This document shows positions 39,936-51,609 of a stretch of 64,000 nucleotides of DNA, piece after piece; the first letter of the stretch is position 1; the number at the start of each line of letters is the position of its first letter. This DNA is from Candidatus Hydrogenedentota bacterium (GTDB taxonomy: Bacteria; Hydrogenedentota; Hydrogenedentia; Hydrogenedentales; CAITNO01). A model generated the notes under the pieces. The model saw only the letters and a program-made list of their open reading frames with translations. It was not told the DNA's origin and ran no database searches. The translations under genes and the position numbers were made by a program. The DNA lies in NCBI GenBank assembly GCA_012730105.1, contig JAAYBJ010000284.1:7872-71871 (forward strand), written 5' to 3'.

Positions 39936-41699
39936 TTACAAAACATCATCTAACCGTTTGCAGACATCGCTGTAACAATTTTGATGGGCCTGTATATTGG
40001 CTTCCCTGTTTACGGCCACCTCAATAATCCTGGACCTCTTCTGTGAGAGGCCGAACCTCAACGCCTTTTGAAACCGGTCCCCGGTCGTTACCTGTTCATA
40101 ATCAATCTTAAACATGGCGGCAGCTTGCCGAAAATCATAGTCATGAGAACTTGAAAAGCACGCGTCAAGCACCTCCTTATAGGCAGCAATGGGTAGAAAG
40201 GAAAAAATGCCGCCGCCCCTGTTGTTAATAATCACAAGGATAACAGGCTTTGGCGCTTTCGATAGCAAGGCCAGGGAATTTATGTCATGAAGCGCCGCCA
40301 TATCCCCCAGAATCGCCACCACACCAGATTGGGCGGACCACCCCATTCCAGCGGCGGTGGCGATATTCCCGTCAATGCCACTGACACCCCGATTGGCATG
40401 AATAATGTCCGAAGAACAGTTTTTACCGAGCATGTCCATATCACGAACAGGCATGCTGTTTCCCATCATCAAGAACCCGGCACCATCAAGGTTGTCATCC
40501 ACCATCCGCGCTATCAGCAGTTCAGACAAATCACGATTCTTTGCAAAAAATCGTTCCAGGACCTGTTCCACCACGGCATCGGCCGCCTGGAGCCCTTCAA
40601 GAAACGACCCGCCTCCCCGATGAATATCCGCAACCTCCAGCTGGGCAATCAGTTCTCCCATGTCGCTTTCATAATGGCGGGAGACATGATTCACGAGACC
40701 GCGGTGTTCTTGTCTTGGCGAAACATGGATATATGCGGGATTCAATGTGCGCAGATGATCCTGCAGGCCCTTGGAAACAAAGGTATCGCCAAGATGCAGC
40801 ACGACATCCGGCCTGCATTGCGAGCGGAATTTATCCGAACGCAATAACAGATCGTAATATCGAATTACCGCTGGACATCTGTCTTTGCGACGACAACCGG
40901 AGGTAATGTCCGCGAATACGGGCCACCCAAGTTTATTGGCGACTTGAACAGCGGATTCCTGTTCCCGGGCGGTGAGAAGCCGGCCCGCAAGAATTAAGCC
41001 GCGTCGGGCTGAAGAGAGGGTGGTCGCCAAGCTGGCGCGCTGCACGGAGGAAAGAAGCCTTTCCGGCCTCTCCCATACGGTAAAGGGCCGAACGCCCGCC
41101 TTCCATTCCTTCAGCCCGGCAAGATAGCCCCGTGGCCACGTTTTTTTTACAGGCACTGGCGCTAACGGTTCCCGATACATACAGTTGATATGTATGGGAC
41201 CTCCCGGGCTTCGGAGCCCTTTTGCAAGCACATCGTCCACTTTCGCCAGCAGAGATTCGACCGGTATGTGTTCATCGGGGCAGGGAAGGTTGAGTTGTCC
41301 TCTTACAAAAGAGGTGAATATTCCCTCCTGGTGCACGGTTTGGTTGGCGCCGCATGCCTGGAGCTCAGGCGGCCTGTCGGCGCTCAGAATTACGAGGGGC
41401 AAAGCCGATTGGCATGCTTCAGCAACCGCAGGCCAGCAGTTGGCCACGGCAGTGCCGGAGGTGCATATGACGGCCGCCGGACTTCCCGCCCGTGCACACC
41501 CCAACGCGAAGTAGGCGGCGCCCCGTTCATCAAAATGAATCAAGGCGGAAGCGTTACGATTTTGAAAGGCGGCCACCGCAAGCGGGGCGCTCCGTGAACC
41601 CGGCGCAATTATAAAATGGCGAACGCCGTTTCTGGTCAATTCCTCGACGATAAGGCCCGCCCAGAGATAATTCAGGTTAGGCGTTTCCATGGGCACCAT
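39936..41699 (-). CDS. menD: 2-succinyl-5-enolpyruvyl-6-hydroxy-3-cyclohexene-1-carboxylate synthase
   Basis: ThDP enzyme. Conserved MenD N-terminus begins at METPNLNYLWAGLIVEEL. Start placed at the Met just upstream of the menF stop (possible coupling). The ORF track extends to 41957. Confidence 0.8.
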   Translation of the reverse strand: MVPMETPNLNYLWAGLIVEELTRNGVRHFIIAPGSRSAPLAVAAFQNRNASALIHFDERGAAYFALGCARAGSPAAVICTSGTAVANCWPAVAEACQSALPLVILSADRPPELQACGANQTVHQEGIFTSFVRGQLNLPCPDEHIPVESLLAKVDDVLAKGLRSPGGPIHINCMYREPLAPVPVKKTWPRGYLAGLKEWKAGVRPFTVWERPERLLSSVQRASLATTLSSARRGLILAGRLLTAREQESAVQVANKLGWPVFADITSGCRRKDRCPAVIRYYDLLLRSDKFRSQCRPDVVLHLGDTFVSKGLQDHLRTLNPAYIHVSPRQEHRGLVNHVSRHYESDMGELIAQLEVADIHRGGGSFLEGLQAADAVVEQVLERFFAKNRDLSELLIARMVDDNLDGAGFLMMGNSMPVRDMDMLGKNCSSDIIHANRGVSGIDGNIATAAGMGWSAQSGVVAILGDMAALHDINSLALLSKAPKPVILVIINNRGGGIFSFLPIAAYKEVLDACFSSSHDYDFRQAAAMFKIDYEQVTTGDRFQKALRFGLSQKRSRIIEVAVNREANIQAHQNCYSDVCKRLDDVL

Positions 41700-43188
41700 C
41701 CTTGATGATAATGCGCGTAAATTGCGCCATCTTCGCGTCCAACTCCTGCCATTCTTCCTCCGGGTCGGACCCGGGAACGATTCCCGCACCGGCATATAAG
41801 ATAAGGGAAGTATCAAGAACAAGCCCGCTGCGTATGCCGACACAAAACTCGGCGTCTTCAGTCCCAACCCATCCCACAGGAGACGCGTAAATACCCCGTT
41901 CAAAAGGTTCCTTTTCGAGTATCCAGCGCATGGCGGCAGCGGCGGGTTTTCCGCCAACAGCGGGCGTTGGATGCAGCGCGGTCAGTAATTCTTCATCCTC
42001 AACGCCGGGCTGCAACGCACCTTCCATCGGTGTAATCAAATGCTGGCAATAATTCAGTTTGACAATATCAGGTGTGGACGGGACCGAAAGTCGTGAACAG
42101 AAGGGGGCCAGCGCGCTTTTTATGGTTTCAACAACGATTTCATGCTCCCGCCGTTCCTTTTCATCAGCGAACAGTGTCCTTTCAAGGGCCAGGTCCTCAT
42201 CGGGAACGGTGTCCCGGCGTCGCGTGCCCGCCAAGGCTTCGCTCTGAAGGAAGATACCACTGCGGCTGTACAAGCGCTCCGGGGAAGCCCCGAGAAATGC
42301 ACGGCCATGCCCCGGCTGGAAACAGAACAGGTAAACATTTCGGGTGCATCGCGCCAAGGCTTGTGCCAATGAAACCGGGTTCACAGGGCTGTCCCCCTGA
42401 AACGTGGTCTCCCTGGCCAGAACCACCTTTTCCAAGTCGGAAGTCGCCATGTCCGCAAGGGCCTGATTAACAAGAGCACACCACGCGGCACGGTCGGGTA
42501 AGTCAGATCGTTCCTGGAATCGCGGTAGCGAAGCGGGGGAGGGGGGCATGTCAAAACGCAGTTGTTTCAGTAGTGCCAGCGCCTCGCGCCTGCCTTCCTC
42601 ACCTTTCAGCGTACAGGCAAGATGGCAGACATTCCCGTTCCGGAAAAGTTCCACCAATGGCGCCACGAAGCGGCATGTTTTGAAGTTCCTCCACAGGCGG
42701 CCATTTTCGGCGTGGAAATGGAAGCGAAATCCTCCATAATACCGGGCGGAGCGCGATTGTTCGGAAAGGCTTTCACGAATCCGGCGCAGCGCGGCATCGA
42801 CAAAGGCATTCCCTTCAGGCGCAATGATATGGGCTTCGCCGATACCTGCCATTTCCGTGCGTTGCGAACGATCCCGCCAATAATACCGCGAGGGATGGCA
42901 TTGCGCTTCCAGCCAGTCCAAGAAGGACAGGGGCGGAATGCCCTCCTCCACACGCAGGCAACGTTCGCGAGGCACGACGGCTTGTTCAACGCGCCTGACC
43001 AATCCGTCGCGCGCCTTCTCGAGAATGGCGCGCATATCGCGGCCGGACACGTCCAGAGATGTGGAGTTGTGGGAAGATACTATTGTCATTATGCTCTTAC
43101 CGGGTAAGCGGACGAGAGAACTCAAAGAAATACGGGCGCTTATATGATAAACAAAACCTAGGGTCTTTAGAAACGCGACAGGCGCCAT
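41677..43188 (-). CDS. menF: Isochorismate synthase
   Basis: Chorismate-binding domain (…FCFQPGHGRAFLGASPERL…AGTRRR…). The true start may be the internal Met at 43089. Confidence 0.8.
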   Translation of the reverse strand: MAPVAFLKTLGFVYHISARISLSSLVRLPGKSIMTIVSSHNSTSLDVSGRDMRAILEKARDGLVRRVEQAVVPRERCLRVEEGIPPLSFLDWLEAQCHPSRYYWRDRSQRTEMAGIGEAHIIAPEGNAFVDAALRRIRESLSEQSRSARYYGGFRFHFHAENGRLWRNFKTCRFVAPLVELFRNGNVCHLACTLKGEEGRREALALLKQLRFDMPPSPASLPRFQERSDLPDRAAWCALVNQALADMATSDLEKVVLARETTFQGDSPVNPVSLAQALARCTRNVYLFCFQPGHGRAFLGASPERLYSRSGIFLQSEALAGTRRRDTVPDEDLALERTLFADEKERREHEIVVETIKSALAPFCSRLSVPSTPDIVKLNYCQHLITPMEGALQPGVEDEELLTALHPTPAVGGKPAAAAMRWILEKEPFERGIYASPVGWVGTEDAEFCVGIRSGLVLDTSLILYAGAGIVPGSDPEEEWQELDAKMAQFTRIIIKDGAHGNA

Positions 43189-43256
43189 CTCGCTGAAGCA
43201 TACATCCTTAGCTGCGGGAAAAGAAAGCCAAATTTCCCGGCCGGTGTCGTTATGAT

Positions 43257-45713
43257 TCAGATAAAGAGATTCATATCCGCCTGCTCAGCGCGTCCCAGGT
43301 AGGCGCCCACACCACCGATTTCAATACCGTCGATGAGTTCTTCTTTTTTGATGCCCATAACATCCATGCTCATGGAACATACAACCAGCCGTATGCCGGC
43401 GGCACGGGCGGCCGCGACCAGTTCCTCGGGAGCCATTACATTCTTGGTTTTCATGACATACCGCATCATCATGGAACCTACCCCGGCCATGTTCATTTTT
43501 GAAAGGCGCAACTTGCCGGGGCCTTTGGGCATCATCATACCGAACATCCGGTCAAGCAGTCCCTTGGACACCCGCGGCGGCTGCGCCTTGCGCAACACGT
43601 TGATTCCCCAAAAGGTGAAAAAGATGGTTACATCACTGTCCATGGCGGCCGCTCCGTTCGCAATGACAAAGGTCGCCATGACGCGATCCAGGTCGTCGCT
43701 GAAGCAGACAATGGTTTTTGATTTCCTGCCGGTTGGAGGGACTGCCGGAACAAGCCCTTGAGGAGCGGGGACTGTCGCTGCCAATCCCCGGCGTATGCGC
43801 GCGACATAACGGCCACCATCAGGTCTCGCTTCAAGCAGGGTATTTCCAGTGCTTGTGCACCAAGCGGGAATATCCGCGATGAATCCCACATCCGTGGCCG
43901 TCACCTCCAGAACATCTCCGGCGTTCATTCTGCTCATGCTTTGTTTTACCCTGGAAAGAGGACCGGGACACTGCAGGCCGCACACGTCCAGCTTTTGCGT
44001 CGTTACGGCGCCCTCCGGCGGCGATGCCTCAGGTGCCGAGGCAGAAGGTTCACGCTTGGAGTTGTCCACGCAAGCAGTTCCTGCGCCACCGGTGCCCCCG
44101 CCATTAAACCAGGACCAGGTACGATAGCCGCCATTCAGGTTGACCACATCAAATCCGGCCTGCTTCAACTGGCGGTAAGCGATATAGCCTCGCAGCCCTA
44201 CCGCGCAATACACGCCAATCTTGCGGTCTCGGGGCAGTTCGGCGTGCCGCTTGCGCAATTCCTCGAGTGGAATAATAGTCGCCCCGGAAATAACACCACA
44301 CTCCGTCTCATCCGGCATACGCACATCCAGCCAGAAAATATCCCGCTCAGCATCGTCCGCCTCTACTGTCAACGCGTCGCCTTTAATCATGTTGTGCGCG
44401 GTAAAACCAAGCATGTTGATGCCGCTTTTCGCGGAATTATACTGTGGTGAATAAGCCAGTTCCAGGTGTTCCAGCGCCTCGGCGTTCATCTTCTGGCTTA
44501 CGGCCACAGCCAAGACATCAATAGCATCATTGACGCCTTCCGGCCCGACAACCTGAGCCCCGAGCAGGAGCCCTTCAGGACTGAACAAGCCCTTTAAGGA
44601 AACGGGAACCGCCCCTGGATAGTATTTGGCGTGCTGCATGGGATGGATGTAGACACGAAAATAAGGTCGTCCTGCCTTCTTGAGGCGTTTTTCACTCCAC
44701 CCGGTACATGCAGCGACCTGGTTAAACACCTTAACAATGGAGGTGCCCAGAACTCCCGGATACGAAGCGGGCCTCCCACAAATGTTATCCGCCGCAATTC
44801 TCGCCTGCCGATTGACCGGCCCAGCCAGCGGCACAGCAGCGTCCTCTCCCGTGATAAGATCCCTGACCTGTACGGCGTCACCCACCGCATAGATATTCGC
44901 ATCGCTGGTCCGCATCCGATCATTTACCCTGATATGGCCACGTGGGCCGAGTTCAAGTCCGGCCTCGCGGGCAAGTTCAGAGCGGGGGGCCACCCCGGCG
45001 CACAGGCAAACCATATCCGCAGATATGCTGGATCCGTCATTCAAGGCCACCAGTTTTTCGTCGATGGAGACAACAGACGCATTCAGGCGCACTTCAACCC
45101 CGTTGAGTTGCAGTTCCTGGAGAAGGGTGGAAGTCATCTCCCGGTCCAAGGGGGGCAAGACTTGATCCAACATTTCGACCAGAGCAACTTTCACGCCGCG
45201 TTTTCGGAGGTTTTCGGCCAGTTCAAGGCCGATAAATCCGGCGCCGATGACACAGGCTTTCTCGACAGCATCCACCTTGTCTTTAAGGCGATCCATATCG
45301 TTTAGACTGTTCAGGGTGTACACGGCAGGCCCGTTAATACCCGGGATATCGGGGCGTATCGGCGCAGCGCCCGGTGCAAGCACCAGTACGTCATAGGATT
45401 GACGAGATGTTTGGCCGTCTTTTAGGTTGATGACTTCTACCATTTTATTCGCGATATCAATACGCCGCACTTCATGGCCCGTCCGAATATCTAGCCCATA
45501 TCGCGCGCGCAGGGTCTCCGCGCTTTGCACGATCATATTGGCACGATCTTCAATAACACCGCCCACATAGTAGGGCATACCACAGTTCGCAAAGGAAACC
45601 GCCTCGCCCTTTTCATAAACAATCACTTCCAAGGATTCATCAAGCCGCTTGATGCGCGCCGCACAGCTCATGCCGCCCGCCACACCGCCCACAATCACAA
45701 TCGTCTTAGCCAT
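43257..45713 (-). CDS. Four-domain CoA-disulfide/persulfide reductase fusion: CoADR (FAD/NAD) – rhodanese – TusA – DsrE-like
   Basis: 818 aa. CoADR active-site SFANCGMPYY and GxGxxG. Rhodanese Cys loop VYCAVGLRG. TusA CPGP motif (LQCPGPLSRV). C-terminal DsrE/DsrF-like domain. RBS AAGGAGAA. Confidence 0.85.
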   Translation of the reverse strand: MAKTIVIVGGVAGGMSCAARIKRLDESLEVIVYEKGEAVSFANCGMPYYVGGVIEDRANMIVQSAETLRARYGLDIRTGHEVRRIDIANKMVEVINLKDGQTSRQSYDVLVLAPGAAPIRPDIPGINGPAVYTLNSLNDMDRLKDKVDAVEKACVIGAGFIGLELAENLRKRGVKVALVEMLDQVLPPLDREMTSTLLQELQLNGVEVRLNASVVSIDEKLVALNDGSSISADMVCLCAGVAPRSELAREAGLELGPRGHIRVNDRMRTSDANIYAVGDAVQVRDLITGEDAAVPLAGPVNRQARIAADNICGRPASYPGVLGTSIVKVFNQVAACTGWSEKRLKKAGRPYFRVYIHPMQHAKYYPGAVPVSLKGLFSPEGLLLGAQVVGPEGVNDAIDVLAVAVSQKMNAEALEHLELAYSPQYNSAKSGINMLGFTAHNMIKGDALTVEADDAERDIFWLDVRMPDETECGVISGATIIPLEELRKRHAELPRDRKIGVYCAVGLRGYIAYRQLKQAGFDVVNLNGGYRTWSWFNGGGTGGAGTACVDNSKREPSASAPEASPPEGAVTTQKLDVCGLQCPGPLSRVKQSMSRMNAGDVLEVTATDVGFIADIPAWCTSTGNTLLEARPDGGRYVARIRRGLAATVPAPQGLVPAVPPTGRKSKTIVCFSDDLDRVMATFVIANGAAAMDSDVTIFFTFWGINVLRKAQPPRVSKGLLDRMFGMMMPKGPGKLRLSKMNMAGVGSMMMRYVMKTKNVMAPEELVAAARAAGIRLVVCSMSMDVMGIKKEELIDGIEIGGVGAYLGRAEQADMNLFI

Positions 45714-45764
45714 ACCGTTCTCCTTGTTTTTATTTACATTTGATCTTTGTTTTCACTGTGGTTG

Positions 45765-46040
45765 TTATCCAAAACGCCCGAAAGCCTCCAAAACTTCCTT
45801 GAGCACCCGCTTTCTATCCTCCTCATTATCCATGCCCTCTTCAAGACAGCAGTCCATGTGCTGGGTGACAATAATTTTGGCCACAGCGCGGATCGCCGCG
45901 TCCGTGGCGGCGAGTTGCCGCAACACATCGGTGCACTTACGCCCGTTCTCGACCATTTTCTTAATACCCCGCACCTGGCCTTCAACTTTTCCAAGCCGCA
46001 AGAGCACGTTATCTTTTGTAACTTCCATGTCTTTTGTCAT
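45765..46040 (-). CDS. CsoR/RcnR/CstR-family (DUF156) metal/persulfide-sensing transcriptional repressor
   Basis: 92 aa from the internal Met. Conserved …RLGKVEGQVRGIKKMVENGRKC…H…C… helix pattern with Cys/His sensing residues. The ORF track starts 44 codons upstream at 46172. Confidence 0.75.
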   Translation of the reverse strand: MTKDMEVTKDNVLLRLGKVEGQVRGIKKMVENGRKCTDVLRQLAATDAAIRAVAKIIVTQHMDCCLEEGMDNEEDRKRVLKEVLEAFGRFG

Positions 46041-46059
46041 GCTATTTTCCAATGCGTTG

Positions 46060-46082
46060 TTATACCCATACCCGGTATGAAT
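46060..46082. promoter_or_regulatory. Candidate CsoR-type operator: pseudo-palindrome ATACC-CATACCC-GGTAT
   Basis: Seen ~20 bp upstream of the csoR-like start. Resembles the GC-rich-core ATACC…GGTAT operators of the CsoR/CstR family. Confidence 0.5.
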
Positions 46083-46252
46083 ATACACCACCGCACCCCA
46101 GATTTGCAATACTATTTTTTGGCCCTTTTTTCTGTCAAACAGCCGTTCTGAAAATTTTTGTTTTATATACAATATACTGTGGCCGAGAAAAAAAATTCCT
46201 CAAAATATAGGGTTTTCAGGTTGCTTTAAAATCAAATTTTTGATATACTTAA

Positions 46253-48748
<2,496 letters not shown>

Positions 48749-48795
48749 GACTGAGCGCTAAAAACGCTCGAAATGAATACGGTAACTATAGAAAG

Positions 48796-51363
48796 TTGAT
48801 CTCTGCCATGGATGCTCCCGAACGGATAAAACCTATAGCGATCGAGCAGGAAATGAAAAATTCCTTCCTCGATTACTCAATGAGTGTAATTGTTAGCCGC
48901 GCGCTTCCCGATGTGCGCGATGGGCTCAAACCGGTGCACCGGCGTGTTTTGTACGCCATGCACAATCTGAACCTCTCCAAGGGACGACCCTACCGGAAAT
49001 CGGCGGCCATCGTGGGCGATACGATGGGCAAATACCATCCTCATGGCGACTCCTCCATCTATGATACGCTGGTCCGGCTCGCCCAGGACTGGAATATGCG
49101 TTATCCGCTCGTGGACGGCCAGGGCAACTTCGGCTCCATAGACGGTGACAGTGCGGCAGCCATGCGGTACACCGAATCGCGCATGGAAGGCATCACGGCG
49201 CTGATGCTGAACGACATCGAAAAACAAACGGTGAACATGGTTCCCAACTATGACGGCCGCGAACTGGAACCCTCCGTGCTTCCGGCTGCTATACCCAACC
49301 TGCTTGTGAATGGTTCCTACGGCATCGCGGTGGGCATGGCGACCAGTTGCCCGCCCCATAACCTCACGGAAGTATGTAACGGCCTGATACACCTGATTGA
49401 CAATCCCGAAGCGAAACCCAAAGATCTGATGCGCTTTATACACGGGCCGGATTTCCCCACAGGCGGCATCATCTGCGGACGTGCCGGCATCGTTGAAGCC
49501 TATGCTACGGGCCGCGGACGCGTCACCGTGCGCGCGAAAGTTGCCGTTGAAACCAGAAAAGACAGCGGCAAGGAACGCCTGATCATCCAGGAAATTCCGT
49601 ACCAGGTCAATAAAACACGGCTCATCGAAAATATCGTCGAACTGGTTCAAAACAAGACCGTCGAAGGCATTACCGACCTGCGTGATGAATCCGACAAAGA
49701 CGGCATGCGCGTTGTCATTGAACTGCGGAAAGGCGAAGAACCGGAAGTCGTGCTGAACCAATTATATAAGCACACCCAATTGCAGGCAACGGCAAGCATC
49801 ATCATGCTTGCCTTGGTCAATAACACGCCGCGCGTGCTAAACCTGCGTGAGTTGCTCTACTACTATGTTCAGCACCGGGCTGAAATTATTGAACGGCGCA
49901 CCCGCTTCGATCTCACCAAGGCCGAAGAACGCGCGCACATCGTTGAAGGCCTGCTGAAGGCCATCGATAATATTGACGAGGTAATCAAGATCATCCGCGA
50001 ATCAGCGGACTCGGAAGACGCGCAGCACCGCCTGATGAAGCGCTTTGACTTTTCGGAACCACAGGCCAACGCCATTCTTGCCATGCGCCTGCGCCGCCTG
50101 ACCGGCCTGGAACGTTCCGAACTCGAGCAGGAATACCGCGACCTCATCCAGGAGATCGAACGGCTGCGCCACATCCTTTCCAGTGACAAAACAATACTTG
50201 CTGAAGTGCGCAAGGAAGTGGAAAAGGTGAAGGAAGATTATGGCGATGCCCGCCGCACAGAAATCCTTGATGAACTCGGGGAATTCCACGTGGAAGACCT
50301 CATCGCCGATGAGAATATGGTGGTAACCGTATCCAACCAGGGGTACATCAAGCGCCTTCCCGTATCCACCTACCGCAAACAGCGGCGGGGCGGCAAAGGC
50401 GTCACCGGCATGGACACCAAGGAAGACGATTTCGTTCGCGATCTTTTTATAGCCTCCGCACACCAGTATATGCTTTTTTTTACCAACCTGGGCAGGCTCT
50501 ACTGGCGCAAGGTGTATGATCTTCCCAAGGCCGGCCGCACCGCGCGGGGACGGGCGATCGTGAATTTGCTGAATCTTTCCCAGGATGAAACCGTAACCGC
50601 CCTTCTGCCCGTGCGCGATCTGAACGAAGAAGGGCTGTTTATCTGCATGGTCACGCGCAAGGGGATCATCAAGAAAACGACGCTTAAAGCGTTCAGCAAT
50701 CCCCGCGCGGCCGGCATTATCGCCATTGACCTTGATGACGGCGATATGTTGTGGGATACGCTCATCACTACCGGGAAGGACAATATTTTGATCGCCACTC
50801 ATGAGGGATTGGCTATACGCTTTCCTGAATCAGATGTGAGGCCCATGGGGCGCACCGCCCGGGGCGTAATCGGCATCCGGCTTCAGCCTGACGACTATGT
50901 GGTGGGCGTCTCGCTGGCCGAGGACGACAAGACGGTGTTGAGCGTGACGGAAAATGGCTTCGGGAAACGCACTCAGGTGGGAGAATACCGGTTGCAGCAC
51001 CGTGGCGGCCAGGGTATTATCAACATCAAAACCAGCGAACGCAACGGGAACGTTGTGTCCATGTTGACCGTGGACGATGACGATGAAATCGTGCTGGTCG
51101 GCACGGACGGCACGGTGATCCGCACTGGCGTCGCCGGGATCAGCACAATCGGGCGAAACACTCAGGGCGTCAAAATAATGAAACCCCAGCCCGACGCCGT
51201 AGTCAGTGCCGTGGCACGCGCATTGGGTGACAAGAAGGAACAAGACGCCACCGAATCCGCGCCCACCGAGGTAAGCGAGTCCGACTTGTCTTCGCAAAAC
51301 GGCTCCGCAGCCGCGGAACAGCTCGATCTCGAAGATGAGTTCGAGGAAGAAAGCGAAGAATAG
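48796..51363 (+). CDS. gyrA: DNA gyrase subunit A
   Basis: 855 aa. QRDR-region …HPHGDSSIYD…, active-site Tyr region, C-terminal beta-pinwheel repeats, acidic tail. Confidence 0.95.
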   Translation: MISAMDAPERIKPIAIEQEMKNSFLDYSMSVIVSRALPDVRDGLKPVHRRVLYAMHNLNLSKGRPYRKSAAIVGDTMGKYHPHGDSSIYDTLVRLAQDWNMRYPLVDGQGNFGSIDGDSAAAMRYTESRMEGITALMLNDIEKQTVNMVPNYDGRELEPSVLPAAIPNLLVNGSYGIAVGMATSCPPHNLTEVCNGLIHLIDNPEAKPKDLMRFIHGPDFPTGGIICGRAGIVEAYATGRGRVTVRAKVAVETRKDSGKERLIIQEIPYQVNKTRLIENIVELVQNKTVEGITDLRDESDKDGMRVVIELRKGEEPEVVLNQLYKHTQLQATASIIMLALVNNTPRVLNLRELLYYYVQHRAEIIERRTRFDLTKAEERAHIVEGLLKAIDNIDEVIKIIRESADSEDAQHRLMKRFDFSEPQANAILAMRLRRLTGLERSELEQEYRDLIQEIERLRHILSSDKTILAEVRKEVEKVKEDYGDARRTEILDELGEFHVEDLIADENMVVTVSNQGYIKRLPVSTYRKQRRGGKGVTGMDTKEDDFVRDLFIASAHQYMLFFTNLGRLYWRKVYDLPKAGRTARGRAIVNLLNLSQDETVTALLPVRDLNEEGLFICMVTRKGIIKKTTLKAFSNPRAAGIIAIDLDDGDMLWDTLITTGKDNILIATHEGLAIRFPESDVRPMGRTARGVIGIRLQPDDYVVGVSLAEDDKTVLSVTENGFGKRTQVGEYRLQHRGGQGIINIKTSERNGNVVSMLTVDDDDEIVLVGTDGTVIRTGVAGISTIGRNTQGVKIMKPQPDAVVSAVARALGDKKEQDATESAPTEVSESDLSSQNGSAAAEQLDLEDEFEEESEE

Positions 51364-51397
51364 GGGAGGGAGCGGATTCCACGGTGCATTATAGAAA

Positions 51398-51472
51398 TGG
51401 CGCCCCGAACAGGAATCGAACCTGTGTTTAGCGCTTAGGAGGCGCTCGTTCTATCCACTGAACTATCGGGGC
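51398..51472 (-). tRNA. tRNA-Arg (CCT)
   Basis: Cloverleaf folded by hand on the minus strand: acceptor GCCCCGA/TCGGGGC, D-arm GTTC…GAAC, anticodon stem AGCGC/GCGCT with loop CTCCTAA, T-arm ACAGG-TTCGATT-CCTGT, CCA encoded. Confidence 0.85.
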
Positions 51473-51480
51473 GCATAGTT

Positions 51481-51513
51481 CCCCGCCGTTTTTGCGGCGG
51501 GGATTTTTTCTTT
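51481..51513 (+). terminator. Rho-independent terminator after gyrA
   Basis: CCCCGCCG-ttttt-GCGGCGGGG hairpin followed by a T-rich tract. Confidence 0.65.
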
Positions 51514-51609
51514 ATCACAAGGGCTTGTCAACAAAATGCGGGCCCCTATTGTACCCTTCAGGGGCGGCGGATTTAAAGGCTTGTTGCAGGATTCGCGTCA
51601 ACGCCTTTT

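Noticed and set aside
39936-41957. Extended menD ORF (673 aa) overlapping menF by 280 bp
   Set aside because: The conserved MenD N-terminus starts at METPNLNYLW. The upstream 86 codons lack similarity and overlap menF, so the start was moved to 41699.
45765-46172. 135-aa version of the CsoR-like ORF
   Set aside because: The family is ~90-100 aa and the conserved helix begins right after the internal Met (MTKDMEV…). The upstream 44 codons run into the operator/promoter region.
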